DNA of 64,000 nt from an uncultured cyanobacterium (GCA_963765575.1 CAVXWZ010000002.1:416001-480000); one strand, 5' to 3'. Numbered from the stretch's first letter, positions 1 to 8,244 are shown. A program made the numbers and translations. The notes: generated from the sequence alone by a model not told the origin.

Positions 1-1
1 C

Positions 2-190
2 TGCCTGGAGGCCACGGCGGTGCTCGGAGCCGAGCTGCTGCAGCGCCTCGCCCACCCCAGGCTGGGGCCCGAGCTGCGGGTTCGGCTGAGGGCCGAGGCC
101 GCCGAGCGCATCGGCGCCGCCGGTGGCAGCGAGCGCCTGGCGGCGGCGATCATGGACCTGCTGGCCCTCCAGAGCGGCATGTCCGCCTGA
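2..190 (+). CDS. 3' end of a CDS (partial), probably lipid-A-disaccharide synthase-related protein
   Basis: Open frame from the window edge, CLEATAVLGAELLQRL...ERIGAAGGSERLAAAIMDLLALQSGMSA*. The RIGxxGGSxRLA ending resembles GT-B/LpxB-like C-termini. Confidence 0.5.
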   Translation, partial: CLEATAVLGAELLQRLAHPRLGPELRVRLRAEAAERIGAAGGSERLAAAIMDLLALQSGMSA

Positions 191-222
191 CGCCGCACTG
201 CCCGCGAAGCCCCCTGCGATCC

Positions 223-486
223 ATGTCCGAAACCCCACCGATGCCGATGCTGCAACGGCTCAAGGCGGGCCTCGATGGGCTGCTGGTGGCCAATGTGTTC
301 CTGGTGATCGCCGGAGCCCTGTGGTTTGCCGTGGCGGTGGTGTGCCACACCCGCCAGGTGGAGGCACCGCTGGAGCTATTTCAGCGGCTGTGGGAGCCGC
401 TGTTCACGCCGGCCATCGGCCTGCTGATGGGCGCGGCGCTGATCAGCGGCCTGCTGGGCTGGTGGCAGCGGCAAGGGCAGCGCTGA
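223..486 (+). CDS. small conserved hypothetical membrane protein (2 TM)
   Basis: 87 aa ORF with two hydrophobic helices and a LWEPLFTPAIG motif. Confidence 0.75.
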   Translation: MSETPPMPMLQRLKAGLDGLLVANVFLVIAGALWFAVAVVCHTRQVEAPLELFQRLWEPLFTPAIGLLMGAALISGLLGWWQRQGQR

Positions 487-1378
487 GCTCGCCGTATTGA
501 AAGGGGAACTGCTGGCCCAGCAGGCGTTCGGGCAGCACCTGCTGACCCTCCAGCACCACCTGCGCCCCATCGCCCAGCAGCAACTGCAGCACCGGCGCCG
601 GCACCGGCAGCAGGCTGGGGCGGCCGAGGGCACGGCCCAGGCCGGCGGCAAACTCGGCCATGGTCACCGGCTCGGGGGCCACGGCGTTGTAGGTGCCGCG
701 GTAGCTGTCGTCCTCGAGGGCGGTGGCAATCAGGCGGCAGAGGTCAAGGCGATGGATCCAGCTCATCCACTGCTGCCCGCTGCCCACCGGTCCTCCGAAC
801 CCCAGCCGGAACACCGGCAGCATCCGGCCCAGCGCTCCGCCATCGGGCCCCAGCACAATGCCGATGCGCAGGATCACCAGGCGCGTGGCGGCCGGGAGCG
901 CGGCCGCGGCCCCCTCCCAGCGCCTACAGATCTCAGCCAGGTAGTCCTGTCCCGGCGGGGAGTCCTCCCGGAAGCGGGCCGTGCTGCTGGTGCCGTAGAA
1001 CCCCACCGCCGAGCCGTTGATGAGCACCCGCGGTGGGTGATCCAGCCGCTGCAGGGCCTGCACCAACTGCTCGGTGGTGGCCACCCGGCTGGCCATCAGC
1101 AGGGCCCGGTGGGCTGCGGTCCAGCGCTTCTCGGCGATCGGTTCACCTGCCAGGTTGACCACGCCTTCGGCCGCGGCCAGGGCCTGCAGCAGGCCGTCCT
1201 GCTCCCAGCTGGCGGGCTGACTGGGATCGAGCTGAAGGCAGGCCAGACGAGAGCCCACCAGCTGGGGGAAGGGCCGGGCCTGCCTGCTCACCAGGGTGAG
1301 GCTGTGGCCGAGCGCCAAGAGGTAGGGCACCAGCTCGCGCCCCACGAATCCAGAACAGCCCAGCAGCAGCAGACGCAC
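443..1378 (-). CDS. TIGR01777-family NAD-dependent epimerase/oxidoreductase (ThyD-like)
   Basis: GTG start VRLLLLGCSGFVG (Rossmann), VVNLAGEPIAEKRWT, GSAVGFYG, GPVGSGQQWMSWIH. Confidence 0.9.
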   Translation of the reverse strand: MRLLLLGCSGFVGRELVPYLLALGHSLTLVSRQARPFPQLVGSRLACLQLDPSQPASWEQDGLLQALAAAEGVVNLAGEPIAEKRWTAAHRALLMASRVATTEQLVQALQRLDHPPRVLINGSAVGFYGTSSTARFREDSPPGQDYLAEICRRWEGAAAALPAATRLVILRIGIVLGPDGGALGRMLPVFRLGFGGPVGSGQQWMSWIHRLDLCRLIATALEDDSYRGTYNAVAPEPVTMAEFAAGLGRALGRPSLLPVPAPVLQLLLGDGAQVVLEGQQVLPERLLGQQFPFQYGELSAALAAATSPAGR

Positions 1379-1406
1379 GCCTTGATCTCCCTTTGCTGGG
1401 GGGAGG

Positions 1407-2637
1407 CTAGGCCCGCTCGGTGAGCCCCAGACGCTTGGCCATGGGCACCAGGGCGAAGCCCTGCAGCCCCAGCCCCAGCAGCACCACCCCCAGGGCCAGG
1501 GGCGGCATCCCACCGCCCCAGGGGATCGGTGAGGCGGCCGCCTGGATCGCCAGGGCGATCTGGCACGGCACCCCGCAGGCCGGAGCAGGCCACGAAGAGC
1601 TTCTCGGAGCGATCGAAACCCGACTGCGCCAGTAGCAGCTGCACCATCAGCCAGCGCACCAGCAGCATGGCCGCGAACAGCAACACCGCCCAGACCACCT
1701 CCCGCACCACATCCTCGGGCTGAACCACCAGCCCCATGCAGAGGAACAGCATCAGTTCAGCCATCTTGGCGAAACCGGCATGGGACGCCTCCAGCACAGG
1801 CCGGTCGCAATCGCCGGAATTGCCCAGCACCAGCCCGGCGATGTAGGCCGCCAGCAGGCCCGAGCCCCCCAGCAGCTGGGTGGCACCCACCAGCAGCAGC
1901 AGCACCGCCAGGCTGATCACCGGCAGCAGCGGCCCTGCGGCGGTGGAGCGGTCGGCCAGCAGCTGGCGGGCGAGGCTGCCACCCAGAAAGCCCAGCAGGG
2001 CGCCGAGCAGGAACTGACGGCTGACCGCCGCCACCAGGTCGGCCGGGCTGCCTGAGGCCTGGCCGGATGCCATCGCCATGGCCAGGCCGGCCAACACCAC
2101 CGCCACCGGATCATTGAAGGCCGATTCGGTTTCAATCAGATCGATCAGGCGGCGGGGCAGGTGGCCCGTGAGGGGCCGCAGCAGGGCGATGACCGCGGAG
2201 GCGTCGGTGCTGCAGACCATCGCCCCCACGAACAGCGCCAGGGGCAGGCCCAGGGGGCCGGTGGAGATGGGCAGGGGCACGCTCGCAAGTGCCAGCACCA
2301 ACGCCGTCAGCAGCAGGGCCGTGAGCAGCGAACCGAGGATCGACAGGCGCAGCGCCGGCCGCAGCACCGGGCGCAGCTCCCGCCAGTTGGTGGTGAGCCC
2401 ACCGAAGAAGAGCACCAGCACCAGGGCCACCTGGGCGATCTGATCGGCGTGGGTCAGCGACAGCAACGGCGGTGCCTGGCCCGGGATCTGTTCAAGGGGG
2501 TTGTCGGTGAGCAGCCCGAGCACGAGCACCAGAAGGATGCCGGGGATGCGGATGCGCGCGGCGATGTCATCCAGCAGCACCGCCACCAGCAGCAGCGCCC
2601 CGAACACCGTGAGAAACAGGGCAAGGGTGGAATTCAA
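1407..2637 (-). CDS. CPA1 cation:proton antiporter (NhaP2/CvrA-like membrane domain), with one +1 frameshift at ~1560
   Basis: STDASAV, ETESAFNDP and GLRGAVP motifs. After an extra base (CCA-G-ATC) the family continuation IALAIQAAAS...GLGLQGFALVPMAKRLGL runs in another frame to TAG at 1407-1409. Confidence 0.85.
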
Positions 2638-2700
2638 GGGCGAGGGTCCGCTGCACGGGCCCTAGCCTGCCTGCAGCCCATCGCCACCGCACTGCACGTC

Positions 2701-2952
2701 ATGGCCGAAACGCCGAAGGAGGCCGCCCCAGCCAAGCCGGCCCTCAAGAAGGGTGCCCTGGTGCGGGTCAACCGCCAGACCTATGCGGGCAGCCTGGAGG
2801 CCGCCGCCAGCGACAGCGAGGCGCCTGACTACATCTTTGATGGGCCCGGCGAAATCCTGGCTCTCAGCGGGGCCTACGCCCAGCTGCGCTGGCGCCGACC
2901 AGTGCCCGATGTGTGGCTGCGGCTCGACCAGCTTGAGGCCTTCCCCTCCTGA
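2701..2952 (+). CDS. ndhO: NAD(P)H-quinone oxidoreductase subunit O
   Basis: LKKGALVRVNR...SLEAAASD..PDYIFDGPGE...PVPDVWLRLDQLE. Confidence 0.92.
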   Translation: MAETPKEAAPAKPALKKGALVRVNRQTYAGSLEAAASDSEAPDYIFDGPGEILALSGAYAQLRWRRPVPDVWLRLDQLEAFPS

Positions 2953-2954
2953 AA

Positions 2955-3662
2955 TCAGCGCTGCAGCCGCCGCCGGCTCCCGTGCAGCTGCCGGCGCCGC
3001 AACCGGGCCTTGCGCAGCAGCTCGCGGCCATCGCGCAGGTAGGAATCCACGTAGCCCATGGTGAAACGCTCCAGATCAAGCAGGGCGTCTTTCACCAAGC
3101 TCAGGCAGTGATAGAGCTCCAGGCTGAATTCCTGCAGACCGGCAGGCGTGGGCTGGGAACGGTAGAGGCTCTCCACCCGGGCCATGCGCCCCTGGCCCTG
3201 CTCGAGGAAGGTGCAGAACGCCTCCATGATCGCGTCGTCGTAGGGGTCGGCCGCCAGGGCGCGCAACTGGGCGGGGAAGGGGTTCACCACCTGGCCGAGC
3301 AGGCGATCGATCGGGACATAGACCTGTCGCAGCCAGGCCAATCGCTGCTCCTCGCCGGCAGTGGCTCTCGAGCCGGCGCGGGCAGCTGATGGGCCCGGAG
3401 CCCGTGAAGCCCCTGCCGGGCTGCTGACGCCGGCATGGGCGCTGCGCTGGCGGTCGTGGAGGCGGCGGCGCTCCGGGTCGCCGAGCTCTTCCCAGGCCGC
3501 GTTCAGCGCCAGGATCGTGGTGTCGTCGCCGCCGGCATCGGGGTGGTGCTGCTTCACCAGACGGCGGTAGGCCGCCTTGATTTCGGCGCCGCTGGCCTCG
3601 GGCGTCACCCCCAGCACCCGGTAGGGATCCAGCGTGGCGGCTTCGACCGTGAAGAGACCCAA
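2955..3662 (-). CDS. DnaJ (J-domain) protein
   Basis: DPYRVLGV...IKAAYRRLVKQHHPDAGGD (HPD motif); cyanobacterial C-terminal region LAADPYDD. Confidence 0.9.
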   Translation of the reverse strand: MGLFTVEAATLDPYRVLGVTPEASGAEIKAAYRRLVKQHHPDAGGDDTTILALNAAWEELGDPERRRLHDRQRSAHAGVSSPAGASRAPGPSAARAGSRATAGEEQRLAWLRQVYVPIDRLLGQVVNPFPAQLRALAADPYDDAIMEAFCTFLEQGQGRMARVESLYRSQPTPAGLQEFSLELYHCLSLVKDALLDLERFTMGYVDSYLRDGRELLRKARLRRRQLHGSRRRLQR

Positions 3663-3733
3663 GGCGTGGCGGCAGCGGCTGCAGGCGTTCTCAAGCTAAG
3701 GGACGCCCGCCAGCGAGTCACACCCAGGCCAAG

Positions 3734-3758
3734 AAAAAACCCCGGCCGAAGGCCGGGG
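3734..3758 (-). terminator. rho-independent terminator of the porin transcript
   Basis: Minus strand CCCCGGCC-UUC-GGCCGGGG followed by UUUUUU. Confidence 0.85.
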
Positions 3759-3904
3759 CGAGAGGAGGACGACGACGCTGTAGCGAGGACGTGAAGGAGT
3801 GCAGAACCAGGGAGTCGGAACGACTGCAGCCTGGGAAGGAAGTGCCGGACCTGGAGAGGTGTGAGGAACCAGGTCCGGACAAATGGGAAGAACTGATCGG
3901 AGGA
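3734..3904 (-). ncRNA. structured porin 3' UTR / candidate Yfr1-family sRNA
   Basis: Perfect 10-bp stem 3845-3854/3869-3878 presenting (G)UUCCUCACAC; second ACUCCUUCAC at 3791-3800; further hairpin; ends in a terminator. Confidence 0.55.
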
Positions 3905-5362
3905 TCAGAACTTGAAGGTGGTCTTGACCAGGCCGCCGTAGGTGTCGTCGACGACCGGTGTTCTGCAGGTAGAAGAAGGCAGGGGTCACGCTGATGTTGT
4001 CGGTGACCTGCCACTTGTACCAGAGCTCGTAGGCGAGGTTGTCGTCGCCGGCACCGCCGTCAACCCAGAGGCTGGCGGAGCAGCGTGGCGTTGGCACAGT
4101 TGCCACGATCCACCTGGCCGACGCTGCCAAGGGCCATGCCCAGGGCGTTGCCCTGCATGAACATGTCAGCCCACTGCAGGCCAACCATCCAGCTCCAGGC
4201 CGAATCGTTGTTGCGACGGTCGATGTCAGACCAGCCGAAGCCGGCGCTGATCGAGGGAGCCCAGCCGGCCTCCATCGGGCGACCAGTAGCCACTGATGCC
4301 AACGTTGTTGCTGGAGCGGGTGGGGAAGACAATGTTGCTGTAGTCAGCGTAGGTGTAGGCGATGGCGCCACCCCAGTTCTCACCGGAGTAACCACCCTGG
4401 GCGGTGATGGTGTAGTCCTCACCGGCACCGATGCGGGAGTTCTCGGCGGCATCCCGGTCGGAGACATAGTTCCAGGCTGAAGGCCCAGCCCTGGTCCTGC
4501 CACCAGATACCGGCACCGGCACCCTGGTTCAGGTTGTAGGCAGCCTGGGCACCCGCGTAGGTGAAGATGTCCAGGATGGTGTCAGCCGGGTAGGCGCTGG
4601 GCCAGATGGCCAGCATGTCGTCCTGGCGGACGTTGGCACCCACGGTGGCGGTGAAGTTTTCGCCGATGGGGAACTGGTAGAAGAGGCGGTTGAGCTCGAC
4701 TTGGACCGTTCGAAGTCTTCTTCGCCGGAAGGCGATCTCGAGCAGGGTGTTGCCGTTGCCGAACACCGAAGTCAGCGAAGTTGCCGGCCCGCAGGCGGGT
4801 GCGCAGCAGGTCCTTGCCGGTGAAGCTGGTGTCGAAGTTCAGCTGAACGTCGTAGTTGACGCGTGACGTCGCCGCCGAAGCCGGTGTTGCCGGCGCCGCC
4901 CAGCACCATGGTGGCCTGACCGTTGAGCTTGGTGGTGGTGGAGAACTGGTTGGCCTCCAGCTCACCCACCTTGGCCTCGAGGCCATCGACGCGGCCCTTG
5001 AGGATGGCGAGTTCCCTCTCGAACTCGGCCATCAGGCGCTTGAGCTCGTCGGTCACCTCGGTGACGCGGTCGAGACAGGCGTTCAGGAGGGCGGCGGCCT
5101 CGAAACGGGTCATGGCCCGCTGGCCCTTGAAGGTGCCGTCGGGATAGCCGGCGACGCAGCCGTAACGCTCGATCAGGTTGGAGAGCGCCTGGTAGGCCCA
5201 GTCCGTCGGGAAGACGTCGGGGAACTGGGAGATGCTGGTGACCTGTTCTTCGGAGGCGTACTGATTGACGCCATCCAGGTTGACCTCAGCGGCGGAGACG
5301 GCCACGGGGGCCAGCAGTCCGAGTGCCGCAGGGGCAACCAGCAGTTGCTGGAAAAGTTTCAT
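3905..5362 (-). CDS. som: Som-type outer-membrane porin with N-terminal SLH domain; reading frame broken by multiple 1-nt insertions
   Basis: MKLFQQLLVAPAALGLL signal peptide, SLH (DVFPTDWAYQAL..LIERYGCVAGYPDG), QFSTTTKL, DTSFTGKDLLRTRLRAGNF, YKWQVTDNISVTPAFFY, C-terminal KTTFKF*; spread over six ORF fragments. Confidence 0.9.
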
Positions 5363-5368
5363 GGGGGT

Positions 5369-5379
5369 GTTCCTCACAC
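5369..5379 (-). promoter_or_regulatory. porin RBS / Yfr1-type sRNA target site GUGUGAGGAAC
   Basis: Lies 7-17 nt upstream of the ATG (5362) and contains GAGGA; complementary to the Yfr1 core UCCUCACAC. Confidence 0.7.
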
Positions 5380-5591
5380 AAATGGCGCAATGCGCCGAGC
5401 ACAGTGTGTGACCAGGGATCACCCCCCTCCAGCCCGGGTGTGCCAGAGCGTGCAATGGCCTCGGACAACGGGCCCCGCCAGCCACGCTGCCAAAACGATG
5501 CCCCCGGTATCCCTGGAAGGGGACGCCGGGGGCTCTCGCCGGGTCCGCATCGGTCGCGGAACCGTTTGATCAGGGTTGAGGCGCCGTAATC

Positions 5592-5767
5592 AGGCGGCGT
5601 TCTCCGCGATCAGCAGACCCTTGGTGAAACAACTGGAACTCACGGGCACCTCCTCCTTTGGGGATGGGGCCAGCCGGCAACGTCTTCGGCTGGAGCCCCT
5701 GGAACAGAGTCCCGGGGGGTCCAGCCACGTCACTGCTGACAGAACTGCTGGATCTTAGGACCGCTTT
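5592..5767 (+). ncRNA. ssrS: ~180-nt rod-shaped structured RNA, probably 6S RNA
   Basis: Nested end-to-end pairing AGGCGG/CCGCTT, GATCAGCAG/CTGCTGGATC, GGTGA/TCACT, CTGGA/TCCAG, apical CCAGCCG/CGGCTGG; size fits 6S; -10-like CGTAAT at 5585-5590. Identity and strand not verified. Confidence 0.55.
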
Positions 5768-5902
5768 CCGGGCTGGCGCGAACGGCGCTGGTGGGCGGGG
5801 AGGGATCGCCGGGGGCACCACAGGCAGGGCCGGGGGAGCGATTCCGAGCGCTGCCTAGGGTCGAGTCGTTCCTCAGCAAAGTGCGCCGTCCGCCGCCGCC
5901 CG

Positions 5903-6700
5903 ATGGCCGAGCCCCCCCGCCCGCAGCCCAGCCCTACGCCGGATCCGCGCCGGCGGCACTGGACGTTTCCAGCCAGATCCCGCAAAGCCAGGCTGCGGCG
6001 CGCCCTCCATGGCGGGCTGGAACAGCTGGTGGGGTGGTTCTCGATCCCCGGCGATCGGCCGGTGTTCGCCGTTGCCCAGTTCCCCTGGATCCGGCGCGTG
6101 GAGGCCGACTGGCAGGGGGTGAGGCAGGAACTGGATGGGCTGATGGAGCACCGGGCGGCGATGCCCAACTTCCAGGACATCCTCCGGGAGGTGGGCGCGA
6201 TCCAGAAGGACGATGACTGGAAGACCTTCTTCCTCAAGGGAGTGGGGATGGACTGCAGCGAGAACGCCCGCCGCTGCCCCCAGACCATGCGGGTGCTGGC
6301 GGCGATCCCTGGCTGCACCACGGCCTTCTTCTCAATTCTCTCGCCCCACAAGCAGATCCCCCCCCACCGCGGCGCCTGGGCGGGGGTGCTGCGGTTGCAC
6401 CTCGCCCTGCTGGTGCCGGAGCCGGCCGAGCGCTGCCGGATCCGGATCGCCGATGAGCTGCACACCTGGCGCGAAGGCCGTTGCCTGGTCTTCGACGACA
6501 CCTACAACCACCAGGTGTGGAATGACACTGACGGCTACCGGGTGGTGTTGTTCGTGGACTTCGAGCGGCCGCTGCGCTGGCCGCTTTCGGTGTTCAACCA
6601 CGGGCTCTTGAACCTGGCGGCGCTGGCCCCCTTCCTGCGCGAGGCCAACACCCGCCAGCAGGCGGCCGAACGCAGCTTCTGGAGTCGGGTGGGGCCATGA
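5903..6700 (+). CDS. aspartyl/asparaginyl beta-hydroxylase-family 2OG-Fe(II) dioxygenase (AspH/LpxO-like)
   Basis: WKTFFL, AFFSILSP..IPPHRG, LRLHLAL.VP, W.EG..LVFDDTYNHQVWN, RVVLFVDFERP. Confidence 0.88.
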   Translation: MAEPPRPQPSPTPDPRRRHWTFPARSRKARLRRALHGGLEQLVGWFSIPGDRPVFAVAQFPWIRRVEADWQGVRQELDGLMEHRAAMPNFQDILREVGAIQKDDDWKTFFLKGVGMDCSENARRCPQTMRVLAAIPGCTTAFFSILSPHKQIPPHRGAWAGVLRLHLALLVPEPAERCRIRIADELHTWREGRCLVFDDTYNHQVWNDTDGYRVVLFVDFERPLRWPLSVFNHGLLNLAALAPFLREANTRQQAAERSFWSRVGP

Positions 6701-6723
6701 AAAAGCGCCCCCTGAGGGGCGCT
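6700..6723 (-). terminator. rho-independent terminator downstream of psbD
   Basis: AGCGCCCC-ctga-GGGGCGCT stem next to an A-run (U-run on minus); second hairpin at 6741-6767. Confidence 0.75.
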
Positions 6724-6780
6724 GAACTGACCAATTGGGGGCCATGGAACCGGCTCGGTCCCATGGCTGGATCAGCTTGA

Positions 6781-7839
6781 TCAGAGGGCGTTGCCCCGGG
6801 GCAGAACTTCCTCAGGGAAGACGAAGTTTTCGTGCGGCTGGTCAGCCGGTGCCATCCAGGCCCGGATGCCTTCATTGAGAAGGATGTTCTTCGTGTAGAA
6901 GGTCTCGAACTCGGGGTCCTCAGCGGCGCGGATTTCCTGCGACACGAAGTCGTAGGCGCGCAGGTTGAGGGCGAGGCCGATGATGCCGATGCTGGCGGTC
7001 CACAGACCCATCACCGGCACGAAGAGCATGAAGAAGTGCAGCCAGCGCTTGTTGGAGAAGGCGATCCCGAAGATCTGGCTCCAGAAGCGGTTGGCGGTGA
7101 CCATCGAGTAGGTCTCTTCTTCCTGGGTGGGCTCGAACGCCTTGAAGGTGTTCGACTGTTCACCGTCTTCAAAGAGGGTGTTCTCCACCGTGGCGCCGTG
7201 GATGGCGCAGAGCAGGGCACCGCCCAGGATCCCCGCCACACCCATCATGTGGAAGGGGTTGAGGGTCCAGTTGTGGAAGCCCTGCAGGAAGAGCAGGAAG
7301 CGGAAGATGGCCGCCACCCCGAAGCTGGGGGCAAAGAACCAGCTGCTCTGGCCCAGCGGGTAGATCAGGAAGACACTGACGAACACCGCGATCGGGCCGG
7401 AGAAGGCGATGGCGTTGTAGGGGCGGATGCCCACCAGGCGGGCGATCTCGAACTGACGCAGCATGAAGCCGATCAGGGAGAAGGCACCGTGCAGGGCCAC
7501 GAAGGGCCAGAGGCCGCCGAGCTGCACCCAGCGCACGAAGTCGCCCTGGGCCTCGGGGCCCCAGAGCAGGAGAAGGCTGTGGCCCATGGCGTCAGCGGGG
7601 GTGCTGACGGCGGCCGTGAGGAAGTTGCAGCCCTCCAGGTAGGAGCTGGCAATGCCGTGGGTGTACCAGGAGGTGGCGAAGGTGGTGCCGGTGAGCCAGC
7701 CGCCCAGGGCCAGGTAGGCCGTGGGGAACAGGAGCAGGCCGGACCAGCCGACAAAAACGAAACGGTCGCGCTTGAGCCAGTCGTCGAGGACGTCAAACCA
7801 TCCCCGGCCCGCTGGCGCGCGCCCTACTGCGATCGTCAT
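6781..7839 (-). CDS. psbD: photosystem II D2 protein, monocistronic copy (psbD2 type, no psbC downstream)
   Basis: MTIAVGR...[21 protein letters not shown]...[12 protein letters not shown]. Confidence 0.99.
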   Translation of the reverse strand: MTIAVGRAPAGRGWFDVLDDWLKRDRFVFVGWSGLLLFPTAYLALGGWLTGTTFATSWYTHGIASSYLEGCNFLTAAVSTPADAMGHSLLLLWGPEAQGDFVRWVQLGGLWPFVALHGAFSLIGFMLRQFEIARLVGIRPYNAIAFSGPIAVFVSVFLIYPLGQSSWFFAPSFGVAAIFRFLLFLQGFHNWTLNPFHMMGVAGILGGALLCAIHGATVENTLFEDGEQSNTFKAFEPTQEEETYSMVTANRFWSQIFGIAFSNKRWLHFFMLFVPVMGLWTASIGIIGLALNLRAYDFVSQEIRAAEDPEFETFYTKNILLNEGIRAWMAPADQPHENFVFPEEVLPRGNAL

Positions 7840-7980
7840 GGAAAGCTGACTTCATGAAGCGTTACACCTCCGATCCTATGGGGTGGGGGCCCGAACCGAG
7901 ACCCGCGACCAAGCCGTTGAGTAGATGCACCTAAGAACCCCATTCGCCAGAGTGGCGTGCAGGTTCCCCATGCCCCCCTG

Positions 7981-8244
7981 ATGTACGTCGTCGAGCTGTC
8001 GATCAAGCTCAGCCCCCTGCCGATCGCCGTGCAACGCAAGGAGCTGGCCGATGCCCAGGCCCTCTACGCCAGCGTGCGTGCCGCCATGGACAGCGGCAGC
8101 CCGCGGCTGCTGGAGCTCAGCTGTGAGAAGGACGCCGAGAAGAAGGTGAGCCTGATCAGCAGCGAGGTGGTGGCGGTGCAGATGTATGAGAAGTCGGCCA
8201 CCGCCACCGGCAGCCGACGGCCCGGCTTCAGTTTCGACAGCTGA
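7981..8244 (+). CDS. conserved cyanobacterial hypothetical protein
   Basis: [21 protein letters not shown]...LLELSCEK...RRPGF; typical codon usage. Confidence 0.8.
   Translation: MYVVELSIKLSPLPIAVQRKELADAQALYASVRAAMDSGSPRLLELSCEKDAEKKVSLISSEVVAVQMYEKSATATGSRRPGFSFDS

Noticed and set aside
3905..5362. Diversity-generating retroelement or invertase acting on the porin
   Set aside because: There is no reverse transcriptase, template/variable repeat pair or recombinase in the window. The 11-bp inverted match flanking the gene is better explained as RNA pairing.
3696..5485. Several separate small porin-like genes, or programmed frameshifting
   Set aside because: The fragments join colinearly into one Som porin. 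The junctions have no slippery heptamers, and six successive recoding events are implausible.
5598..5650. Glutamine (glnA/Downstream-peptide) riboswitch suggested by CGTTC...GGAAC
   Set aside because: The rest of the motif is not recognisable, and the bases fit better into the long rod structure.
6832..7857. 341-aa ORF antisense to psbD, and similar long antisense ORFs over ctaA, ndhA/gltA, trpB, crtB and fabH
   Set aside because: These are shadow ORFs caused by strong GC3 codon bias on the coding strand. They show no recognisable motifs.
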